From Pristiophorus japonicus (Eukaryota), in the NCBI RefSeq assembly GCF_044704955.1, contig NC_091977.1, forward strand, positions 333,312,001 to 333,376,000: a stretch of 64,000 nt of DNA, read 5' to 3'. Positions 49,509 to 60,620 of the stretch are shown here, piece after piece (the stretch's first letter is position 1; every line of letters begins with the position of its first letter). A program made the position numbers and the translations under genes. The notes under the pieces are model-generated. The model was not told the DNA's origin. It made no database searches and saw nothing but the letters and a program-made list of their open reading frames with translations.

Positions 49509-49569
49509 TATTGCGCTCAATGCCTTCACTGAGAGATTCTCGGCTCTGGGACAAGACTTACAGTCAGCA
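49509..49569 (+). pseudogene. Pseudo-J (ILGSGTRLTVS) with disrupted RSS
   Basis: Half nonamer TATTGC-12-CACTGAG; LGSG motif; GTCAGT donor. Confidence 0.7.
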
Positions 49570-50941
49570 GTCAGTTTTATAGGAGTAAATGAGTAGATCG
49601 TGAATTACTGATAAATCCCTTTCATATCGACTGAAAATACTGAGGATTTTAGGTATTTTGTTACAGCTGTTAGTATAAGAGCTAAGGTCCGAAGTGGTTT
49701 CGAATTTGTCGAAATCTGTGGATTAGGGACTAGTCAATAGTCAATTTCTGTAAAACATCGAGGTGATAGATAGTGTGAAAATAGTCCGAGTGCCAGTAAA
49801 GTGACAGCCCCAGGATACGCGGGGCAGGGAGGCGGACTCTCCGGCTGCCGGTCTTGTCCAAGCCCGGGTGGCCCCGGAGAGGTGACATGCGGCGCCCCAC
49901 GGGCTTGGAGCCTCCGCGACCTGTGGGGACTGTGGGATGTTCATTGCAGAGTCATCAACATAACGGAATTCTGAGATCTAGTTCGTGTTAGGTTTCAATC
50001 AGACCAACTAGATTGTTTCTAAAGGATGTTTGTTCAGTGACAACTTACTGCTTTAATGCTTTAATTAAAACTACTGCTGGTTTCTGAAAAGCCCCCCCCC
50101 CCCCCCCCACACACACACCAAACAACAACTGGCGACTTTGTATTTATCACGCGTGTTTTAGAAAGTATATCCCAAGGAAGCAAAATTGTAAGATAACTCG
50201 AGCGGCGCCTTTACGGTGTGGAATCATAGAATGATACCGCACAGAAGGATGTTGTTCGGCCCATCGTGCCTGTGCTGGCTCTTTGGTAGAGCTATCCAAT
50301 TAATCCCACTCCCTCTTTCCCCATAGCCCTGCAAATGTTTCTACCTTTCAAGTATTTATCCTTGATACTTTTGAAAGTTGCCATTAAATCTGCTTCCACC
50401 ACCCTTTCAGGCAGTGGATCATAACCAATCGCTGCTTAATTTTGTTTTTCATCTCCCCTCTGGTTCTTTCGCCTATCACCTTAAATCTGTGTCCTCTGGT
50501 TACTGACCCTTCAGCCATTGAAAACAGTTTCTCCTTATTTACTCGATCAAAACCCTTGCACAATTTCATCTATACTGCCTCTCCTCATTCTTCCTACCAA
50601 AATGCAACACCTCACACTTCTCGGTGTTAAATTTCCTCTGGCATGTGTCTGCCCACTTTACCAGTCTGTCTATGCCCCCCCCCCCCCAAGCCTGGTACTG
50701 TCCTTCTCATTGCTAACCATGGAAACAGTTTCTCCCTATTTACTCTATCAAAGCCCTTCATGATTTTGAACACCTTTATAAATCTCCTCTTAACCTTCTC
50801 AATCCCAGTTTCCTATTCTCTCCACATAACCGAAGCCCCTAAGAAGTTGTTAATTTGTAAATGGATAGACCTATGGTTTGAGCTCAACTCAATTTAATCT
50901 AATCATGTTAAGCGCCAAACTGTTCACCTTTCCAGTCAGAG

Positions 50942-51585
50942 CTCATCTCTCCCCTCTCCTCTCCCATCCTCTCATCCCTTCTCCTCCCTTCCCATCCTCC
51001 CCCTCTCCCAACCTCTCCTCCACTCTCAACTCTCTGTCTCTCTTCCCTCTCCTCCCTTCCCCTCTCCTCCCCTCTTCTCTCCTCTTCCCTCTCATATCCT
51101 CTCCTCCCCTCTTCTTTCCTCTCAACTCTCCTCCCCTCCTCCATCTTCTCCCCTCTTCTCTCTCCTCATTCCATCTGCGCTTTCCTCCCCTCTTCACACC
51201 TCTTCTCTCTCTTCCCTTCTCGCCTCACCTCTCCTACCCTCCCCTNNNNNNNNNNNNNNNNNNNNNNNNNNNNNNNNNNNNNNNNNNNNNNNNNNNNNNN
51301 NNNNNNNNNNNNNNNNNNNNNNNNNNNNNNNNNNNNNNNNNNNNNNNNNNNNNNNNNNNNNNNNNNNNNNNNNNNNNNNNNNNNNNNNNCCGCTCTCCTC
51401 CCCTCTCCCCTCCCCTCCCCCACCCTCTCCCCTCTCCGCTCTCCTTCCCTCTCCCCTCTCCCCTCCCCTCTCCCACCCTCTCCCCTCTCCTCCCCTCTCC
51501 TCTCTCCTCCCCTCTCCCCTCCTCTCTCCTCCCCTCTCCCATCCTCTCCCCTCTCCCCCTTCTCTCTTTCTCTTTCCTCGCCCCC
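50942..51585. repeat. Polypyrimidine (C/T) low-complexity tract containing an assembly gap (N 51246-51390)
   Basis: Nearly pure CCCCTCT/CCTCT repeats on both sides of 145 N. Confidence 0.95.
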
Positions 51586-51778
51586 GTTTACTTTGAGCGT
51601 TGACAACGAAGCATCAGAGATTGATCGTCTCGATCAGTTAAGTAAACACAAAGATTGAGGGACCATTTCGTTGAGTTTTTTTTATCACATCTGTATCCAA
51701 TTGGAAATATAGATATTGAATTTATATCTGTCCTAACCGGATCGATTTACAGAAATGTCGTTTTTTTTTTGCAATTAG

Positions 51779-52099
51779 AAAACGCACCTAGGGGACCAAC
51801 AATTCGACTTTTCCCTCCGAATACTGCGGAACTGAGCGAGCAGAGCAAAGCCCCAGTGGTCTGTCTCCTGACTGGATTCTTCCCCGAAGTTATCAGGGTT
51901 TCCTGGAAAATCGCGGAATCTCGACAAGGTGACGAGAAAGTGTCCACAGATCCGGTGGAGAAACAGAAGGACGGGAGTTACTCGGTGATCAGCCGCCTAG
52001 AAGTCTCCAAGTTAGATTGGGCGACTAAAACTATCACCTGCGAAGCACAGCACGAGTTAGCCACAGATAAAGCCACGATTGACAAGAACTCCCGAGCCG
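51779..52099 (+). CDS. TRGC: TCR gamma constant exon 1 (Ig C1 domain)
   Basis: Poly-T/AG acceptor; 321 nt, phase 1 at both ends; PTIRLFPP, VCLLTGFFPEVIRVSW, GSYSVISRL, ITCEAQHE. Confidence 0.92.
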
Positions 52100-53321
52100 G
52101 TACAGTCCTCACTAACTCATGTTGTCTCAGCTCACACTAAAATATATTTCGATCAAAAACAGTGACTATTGCACAAGGGTTCAGGAAAACCTAATTTTGC
52201 ATAAATTATTAATTAGCTGTCCCGTAAGTGTTTGATTTTAGACTTCGGCCCTTGCGCTGCTTTCACTTTGCTCTCAAACAGTAATCTTTACTTTTGAAGG
52301 CAGCACTCAGTCTATACCTGTGTTACAGACGGGGATTCTATAAACATATAGCTGTTATTCTAGCTGTCTGTTATAGAAGGGGTTCAAACAGATTAAAGTC
52401 CGCTCGACCCGTCTTCCTGCTCCCGTCCCTTAGATCCGCTTTCTCGCTCCATTACCTAAATCGGTGTTAGTTAAATAAATCAATTGCTGTTATCCAAAAT
52501 GGTTCTTTGTCAGTTTCTGTTACAGAACTGAGCACACGCGCTGTATCCGAAGCCGGTTCATATATACGTAACGGGCTCTGTTGTAACAGCAATATGTTTA
52601 GGACAATTTGTGACATGCATGAATTTCAGTGTTTTAGGTTGTAAAATATGATTTTTGGTCAAATATCGGAACCTGACTTGAGATTAATAACTATCGGTTA
52701 TACATCGTGTAAACTCGATAAACTTGCACCTGAGCGGATAATCTTAATCTTCGGTGTTGCAATTCCGGAGAACAACGGCGTGAACCCATGCAACGCCGAA
52801 AGGCGGGAGCGAGTTGTAACATATAAACGTTGGCTAGTTCCTCCTTCTTTCTGAAGAGGAAGCGAGTCCCTGATTTTCTTTCGGTGAATGAGGTTTGTGT
52901 ACGGAACGTTTTAAAATGCTAGTGGTCAACCCGGGCACTTGGCATGTATTCCAACACCATCACCAAAGCAGTCACTCATTGTACTGAAGGGCAGAGTCGT
53001 ATACAGGTTGACGGACTGGCAACTGAAGCGTTTACTAAGAGTAGCGGGAACGTATTACAGCCAAGGGCTCAACTGCAGACAATTATTATTTTAACACACT
53101 TTAAACTCCGTGAAATAACAAGATCGTGTCGAGCAACGTGGAGCTCAGCTCCACTATCTGAGATTCCGAGCTCCCGCACACATCCTTTATTTAACGGAGG
53201 GACATCGAACGCGTTCTCCAACTGCCTGGTTTGTGTTCTTACTCGCTCTCACGAGCCACCACATTGCCGAATTTTCGGATTGTCTCTAATTTGTGTTCCT
53301 GTCTCTCTTTGCTTGCTTTAG

Positions 53322-53405
53322 CTATTGACAAACGCGATGATTCTCCAGATCCCACGTGTCCGCCCAGCGAGTCGGAGACTTCCGAGAGCACAAGCACGGA
53401 TGAAG
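53322..53405 (+). CDS. TRGC: TRGC exon 2, connecting peptide (AIDKRDDSPDPTCPPSESETSESTSTDE)
   Basis: Pyrimidine-rich TTTAG acceptor, 84 nt, GTAATT donor, frame-preserving; single Cys as expected for the interchain disulfide. Confidence 0.82.
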
Positions 53406-53769
53406 GTAATTCCCCAGTAAAGACAAAATATGCTTCGGGTATGACAACCCGGTCCCCAGCCAAGGACAGCGGCTCTGGTCCTAGATGAACTAATCCTCCA
53501 ATCCCGTCACACCGTGAAACTGAAATCAGTAATCTGTGGGTTGGCACCGGAAAAATGACCAGGAAAAAGTGCCGCATTTTTATAAAACCTCAACTGGTCC
53601 AACAATGTCCTTCAGGGAAGGGAACCTGCTGTCCTTACCCGGCCTGGCCCATACGGGACTGTAGCCCTCTCCGGAGTCACGTATAGGCTTCCAACTGGTT
53701 GACTTTCATTATTGCCCTATGAAGTGGCCTCGAGAGACATTCAGTTATTAAAATAAATAAAGCGATCAA

Positions 53770-54890
53770 AGTAGTAAATTGGGAAAATATGATTTTAAGA
53801 GGATGAGAATGAAATTAGGGAAAATAAACTGGAAAGATTTACTGACAAAGACACAGAACAACAGTGGGAAATATTTAAAACGGTGATTAATAGAGTGCAG
53901 GAGAAATATATCCCACTAAAAAGCAGGAATAAACTAGCCAACGCTGTACAAAGAAATAAGAGTAACATTAAAACTGGAGAAAACGGTATACACTAAGTTT
54001 AGACAACAAAGGAGAAGATGACAAAAGGAATCCGAAAATAATAGGGAAGAAGTAAAAATACAATTAAGAAGGCAAAGAGAAACTACAAAATTAAATTATC
54101 AAAGAATATAAAAGGAAATAGTAAAGTATTCTACAGACACATAAATAACAAAAAGAAAATCAGGACAGGGATACGGCTACAACGGGATACGCACAATAAA
54201 CGCACAGGTAATGACAGAAAAATAGCAGAAATAGTAAATAATTTGTCTCAGTATTTACCAGGAAGACTAACATACTATGCATAAGGTTAGAAGAAGAAAT
54301 CCAAAAAGATATAAAGACATTTGAGATAGAAAGGGGGGAGATAATTGATCAACTAAACAAACTTAGAAAGGATAAGCTCTGGAATTCCCTCCCCAAACCT
54401 CTCTGCCTCTACCTCTTTCCTCCTTTTAGAAGCTCCTTGAAACCGACCTTTACTGCCCTAATATTTCCTTATGTGGCTCAGTATCCATTTGATACCAAAA
54501 CTGAGATGTTATACTTATCAGGAAAGATTGAACAGCAGAAGATTCTCTTCTCTGGAGAAAAGAGAAAACTGAGGAGTAACCTGATAGAGATCTTTAAGAT
54601 TATGAACGGGTTTGTTCGGGTAGACGCAGAGAAGATGTTTCCACTTTCTGGGGAGACCAGAACTAGGGTCATAAATTTAAGACGTTCACTAATAAATCCA
54701 TTAGAAAATTCAGGAGAAATTGTAGAATTCGTCACCACAAGGAGTAGTTGAGGTAACTAGCATAGATACATTTAAAGGGAAGTTAGATGAGCACAGGAAG
54801 GAGAAAGGAATAGAAGGATATGTTGATGAGATTAGATGCAGAAGGCTGGACTTGTTGGGCCGAATGGCTTTTTTCTATGCTGTAAATAAT
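53770..54890 (+). mobile_element. Old CR1/L2 remnants in C intron 2
   Basis: A-rich decayed ORF2-like sequence and LRSNLIEIFKIMNG peptide. Confidence 0.55.
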
Positions 54891-55517
54891 ATGTAAATTT
54901 GGAATAAAACCAATTTCGGGAAGCTCGGAATGGGCAATAAATGCAGCAATGCTTCTACCCATCGCATCTGTAAAGAGTAACGGCAGGTTGATATTTGAGG
55001 TCGAACTGGGCTGCCTCACAAAGATAGATCGGCTTTTCCGCTTTACAAATGCGAATAACCTGCTGTGTAATCCAACATTTTAGGTTTTATTCCTTCTTAT
55101 CTGAGTCCCCACCCCCCTGCCTTGAAGTACACTAGAAAAGCACGAAAGGAGATAGTTTAGGAATTCTAAAGCCACCGGAAGTAGTTTTTCCGCAGTGTTT
55201 CAAATTCGAAATACTCAAGACTGGCAATTATAAACTAATAGTCCATCTTACACATGGGGTTACTAATAATCCGGTGTTAAAGAGAATTACAGACAGTGGG
55301 ATGTTAACATAGTTGCAGAAACTTTGTGAAATCTTCGAGATTCATGCTTTGCACCAGGGTGGTTTAACAAGTGGTGTTACCTGCACCATTGCCCGTTATT
55401 CGTTACTTTTCCAAATGACCTATTTTCACACCCAGCATATCCTCCATTCCTTAGAAGCCGTAATGTGTGTGAATGAATTAGAAACTGATGACTTTTGTGT
55501 TTCTTCATTTTGCACAG

Positions 55518-55651
55518 GACCGCCTTTGAGTTCACTGCAGGTGGCGACCTTTACATACACGCTCCTGTTGATGAAGAGTGTGGTGTATTGCGGGATCATT
55601 TCATTCATCCTTTACAAGGTGGACTACCGTGATGCGAAGAAGCCGCGTTAA
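55518..55651 (+). CDS. TRGC: TRGC exon 3, transmembrane + cytoplasmic tail
   Basis: GPPLSSLQVATFTYTLLLMKSVVYCGIISFILYKVDYRDAKKPR*. Single intramembrane Lys in YxLLLxKSVVY, as in gamma chains. Confidence 0.92.
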
Positions 55652-55659
55652 CTGGTATC

Positions 55660-55665
55660 AATAAA
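55660..55665 (+). terminator. Candidate polyadenylation signal AATAAA
   Basis: 8 nt after the stop, followed by GT/T-rich sequence; an alternative AATAAA lies near 56164. Confidence 0.5.
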
Positions 55666-56299
55666 CCGTGTTTTAAAATTTTGATAACAGACCTCTGTTT
55701 GGTGTAAGCTTTTTGCTTTGTTCTCCTGTTTATCCTGAGAGATTGTACTTTGTTTTGTCGACAGCTTACAGCTGCTGTGTAAACATATCCAAGGAGGGTT
55801 TTATTTCCAGGTTTGTGTGTGAGGCTAATGATCAGAGCTGGGGTGTATCTTCAAGTGATTACACTCTAGTACAAGATAACTGAAAATAACAGCACCTTGT
55901 TAATTAAACCTCTGCTATATTTGTGTAGAGGGACGTGCAGATCTTTAGGTGGGTTTGTTACTGTCCATTCCAGCACCGCCTTTTGTGAATCCTATGCTAC
56001 AGTTAAATTGCTGACTTTGTTATCTGGTATTTCTCTTATTCTATGTTTATCTTCTGTAAATCTGAAAACAATTAAAAAAAATCTTTCAATCTCATTTGAT
56101 ACATTGTTTGTGCTTTTCTCTCTGCGGGACAGTGACCAGAGATTTAAAAACCGCGGCTTAAAAAATAAAATACTAACAGACTCACACTGTTTGAAACAAA
56201 ATACCAACCAACCTTAGATAACTCCTGTGAGGACTCAACTTAAACCAATATATTCTGATGTTAAGAAAATCACATCACAGAATTCATCCGGTATGGGTA

Positions 56300-56920
56300 C
56301 TGTAGCATGTTACTGGCCTGGTAACCCAGAGACCTGGACTAATAATCTAGAGAAGGTGAGTTTAAACCAAAAATTGGCAATAAAATCACTAAAAGTGACC
56401 CTGAAGTTGCGGAGTTGTTGTAAAAACCCACCTGGTTCACTAATGTCCCTTTCGGGAAGGAAGCCTGCCGTCCTTATCTGGTCTATCCCTACATGTGACT
56501 CCAATCCCAGGTCAATGTGGTTGACTCTTAACTGCCCTCTGAAGTGGGTCTAGCGAGCCACTCAGTTGTATCAACCTACTACCAGCGGCTCAAGAAAAAG
56601 GCTCACCACCACCTTCTCAGAGCCAGTAGAGAATAGCCGGCCTTGCCAGTGCCGCCCATTTGAAATGAAGCACACCTTTTATGTAGGCTAAGGGGCAGCC
56701 AATTTGCACACAACTAGCTCCACGTAAGTGACCAGATAATCTGTCTTTGGTGTTTCGGAGAGGAATGTTGGCCAGGATACCTGAAGAACTCCCTGGTCTT
56801 CAAATAGTGCTATAGGATTTTTTACATCCACTTGAGAGGTCTGGCTTAAGTCTCATCGTAAAGACGGCACCTCCGACAGTACAGAACTCCCTCAGCACTG
56901 CACCAAAATGTCAGCCTGTC
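56300..56920. mobile_element. Adjacent SINEs: family 2 (+, 56300-56660) and family 1 (-, 56670-56920)
   Basis: Homology to 44580-44970 and 20196-20495 respectively. Confidence 0.65.
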
Positions 56921-59399
56921 TTAGAGTTGACAAGCACTTGAGCCAGGCTTGACTCTCATTAAAATATCAGGATCATTAATTCCAAATGAACTACTTTTTT
57001 AATACAAATAATGACCAAGTACTCTCTGGGAACTCTCTTTAGCCGAGAGTGTTGGGGGTACAGACTGGGTATAAAATTGCTGGCAAACACTGAGACAGTC
57101 CATTCATTCTGAATTGAGAATGCTTTATTTAAGTTGATTTCTAGTAAGTTTCTTGAAGTGAATAATCACCACACACCCGTTCCAACGCGGCATCAGTCAC
57201 ACCATCCCCGCTACATATCTTATCTTAATTGTATTTAATTTTATTTCGCAGATAATTTCATGATTCAAAGTGTAGTACATATTTTGGAAGTATGTAATGT
57301 TCTCTTATTATCTTGGCAGTTCGTATACCCCAATGGATTTTGCTATGCAGTGAAAATTGTGTTGATAAAATCCTCCTTTAAAACATATATAGAACAATAG
57401 AACAAATCAAAATAATGAAAAACTGAGCAGCGTTTAATCTCAACCTTTCGGAGCCCGTTTTACACAGCGCGCAGATGAAGTGTCCTGAATCACACATCAG
57501 CAGTCGGGCAGTACATCGCACTGTATAAGTACACGCTGTAAACTCAGTCTCCTTTTTATAATGGCAAACTCACAGCACCATGCTCAACAGGTTAGACAGA
57601 TTTGCCATCGGCAGGTTGAGGTTGGACGCCTGCCTCTCTCGGCGGTATTGTCCGAGCCCGGTGGCCCGGGAGAGGGAGCCATTGTCCGCCCCTCAGCCCG
57701 AGGCTTCCCGGGAGCGGCGGCACCAGAGGGACTGCTCTGTGTAGGAGGCACAGGAAATAACAGACGATTTAATTCGCTAAATTTCATCTGTTTATTGTAG
57801 GTGTTTATTCGCCGTGCCCCTGTATACAGGGCTCTGTGTCTTTGCTGACACTGGCAGCCCCAGTGTTGCCTTAATGTTCCATTTATCACATATTGAAACA
57901 CGTGCTTTGTGTTAATTTTGCGAGCATTCAGTTTAATTGAGATTTTAACTGTAGTTACTTTAAACTTTGAACAGTTCGGTTCAGGCAGGTTACTGTTTCA
58001 GTTACAGCCGCTTGTGTTTGTGCGATCGCGCGGTGTCCCGCTCCATACCGGAGTCATGCTGGTTCTTATTGACTGTCAAAGGAGAAAGATATTCTGCACT
58101 CGAGTTTGGCGTGAGCCCGTTATTTCAGTCGAGCCCTCTTTGTAAAGGGCCATTCGTCAGAAACTGTGGGTTATTTTGTGGCCAATGTCACATTGCTATA
58201 ATAATATGCGGCGAGGTATCGTACAGGGAAAGTAATCCGAATGAAGGGTACCCGCCTGGTGCCTTGGACCTGATGTCCTTCGGACCGTTTCTGGCCCGTG
58301 TTCCACAGGGAATTCCTTCCACTGATGGTACCTTAAATACCGACTGTTGCCAACTTGACTCTTGTTCATTTTACAAAACCACACTCCGATTTCCGGATAA
58401 ATATTAATGATTTATTCGAGTTTTGTACGTTGTAATTTTTATATTTCAAAAAAGGTTCAGTTTTGGGCACTGGACTAATGGCGGATATAAAAGGGACGAT
58501 ACACTTTGGTTCCCCTTATTCTTGTCTTAATAAACATTCAAACAATCAGCCAGGTTCAGACAGACCTGGGAATGTTTACATTAGGTTTCATGGTTTTAAG
58601 GATAAATTTAGGGTAAACAAGGGAGGCGCTTTTCTATAACACGGAGCAACAACTCTGGAAATAAAACTCTGTAAAGTTGCACTTTGATTCTAATTTTTTT
58701 AACTTACCCATTTAAAACATGCCAACTCTTAAAATCTTTACTATGTCGCATGTGCACATTAACAGCCGGATTAAAATTAATGTTTCTATTTGTTAATAGT
58801 TTCGGCAAAGTTTGATTTTGTGCAGTGCTGACAACAGACTCGATCCGTTTGAGTTTAATTCTACTTGTGTCGTTATTTTTATGGCCTAATATGCTGCATG
58901 AAAAGTTTGGACATGAGATCAAATTCGTTATTTAACGCAAGTAACTAATTCAGTCTCAATATGTAACAAATGGCCACGGATATTTCAATAAAGTTCATGA
59001 TCAAATTGGTCGACTGTGACCCGATATTAACCCAGACCCGGCTCCGTGTTGTCATGGTGAGATTGCGCTGTGTAATGAGGGTAATTTTAACTTAACTGGC
59101 GAGGGTGTAACGCCGGTTTTACACCCCGCCCAATATTACTCTTTACCGACTGCAGCGTTGTGCCCGGTATCGCCAGTTATCCAAAGGATGGGTTAGGTTA
59201 AATCGTATCCGGTGCCTTTGTAAATAAAGATGTTTAAAAATCACAAATGTCAGAAATGGTGCAGAAAGCGCAGCTCGAACCTTGTCCAACCCTCTCCCCG
59301 AACCTGCCGTTTAGTAACCGACTGACGAGCTGCTTAGTTTAAACTACACAAATAATCTGAAGTTATTTCCCATACAACTCGGGAGCTAACGAGCCGAAT

Positions 59400-59520
59400 C
59401 CTGGTCACACTAACCACATCTGTTTGTGAGGAACACAGATTTCAAAGTTTGGAGCCTCGGCAGTGGTTTCAAACTGGGAAGTTCCCCGAATCCTGCACTA
59501 GAACGCGTGGGTTTCCCACT
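59400..59520. promoter_or_regulatory. Candidate 3' TRG enhancer motif cluster
   Basis: RUNX, E-box, TCF/LEF, NF-kB and STAT motifs within 80 bp of apparently unique CpG-retaining sequence. Confidence 0.45.
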
Positions 59521-60124
59521 TCTCTCAAAATAAGCGAACGGCGATCGTCTCGGTTCGAAGTTGAAAGGTTTTTGGATTCATTTTGTAACGAATTCGTTAG
59601 TATTACAACGAAAACAGAGAACACTGGAAATTGTAACTTGAGGACGGATTACCGCGAGTTTTCATCATGCTCTCCCTGTAGCATGGCCTTTTACTCTCTT
59701 AACCTTTCGCTCTCCAAACTCAGTCACTTGCATTAATCTCAATTTAAACAGAAAATAATCGGATTTACCAACCGGGGCAAATGGGCGAAGTGAAATCATT
59801 TCTGTAATTTGCAAAACCAGTCGTCACACGAAAAACCCCACAAACATAACACACTTTAATAAATGAGTTTTACAGAATTATTGATAGGAATTAAATAACT
59901 TCTTTAATAAACTTCACTGAATACCGAGTTATCCCGCGGTTAAAAGCGACCGTTGAGGTTTTCATTTCTACAACGTCACGGAAAATATGGTTAGTTATTT
60001 ATTGCTGGATGGGCAATAAGCCAGCTGCAGAACTGATGTTAAATGCAGACTGGAGCACGCTCACCGGCTGACGTTACGAGTTACAGCGAGGGGTGTGGGG
60101 TATGTCCCCTTTATAACTAAAAGC

Positions 60125-60620
60125 ATATAGTACAAAAACAAGAAAGTTATGCTATACCTTTATAAAATACTGGTTAGGCCTCAGCTGGAATATTGTGTCC
60201 AATTCTGGGCTTCACACTTTAGAAAGGATGTCAAGGCCTTGAAGAGGGTGCAGAGGAGATTCACCAGAAGGGTACCAGGAACTAGGGACTTGTGGAGAGA
60301 CTGGAGCAACTGGGATTATTCTCCTGAGAGAGAGATTAAGGTTAAGGGGAGATTTTAATAGAGATATTCAAAATTATATGGGGTTTTGAAGGAGTAAATA
60401 AGGACACTGTTCCCAGTGGTAGGAGGGCTGATAACCAGTGGACACCGATTTAAGATAATTGGCAAAAGAGCCAAAGGCGGGCTAAGGAGAGAAGAAAAAT
60501 ATGCAGCACATTGCTATGATCTGGAATGCACTGCCTGAAAGGGTGCGGAAACAGATTCAATAGTAATTTTCAAAAGGGAATTGGATAATTACTTCAAAAG
60601 AAAAAAACTGCAGGGCTGTT
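60125..60620 (+). mobile_element. CR1 remnant
   Basis: LVRPQLEYCVQFW peptide. Confidence 0.75.

Noticed and set aside
50878-51606. Long Pro/Ser/Leu and Gly/Glu/Arg ORFs
   Set aside because: Translations of a C/T low-complexity tract spanning an N gap.
51779-52099. TARP-like alternative reading frame protein in C exon 1
   Set aside because: No ATG found in any frame of the exon on the + strand.
51779-55651. Assignment as Ig light chain or TCR beta
   Set aside because: Hinge and TM exons exclude IgL. Absence of D, IHWY/CAxW V motifs, K(I/V)FG J motifs and the LLLxKSVVY TM favour gamma over beta.
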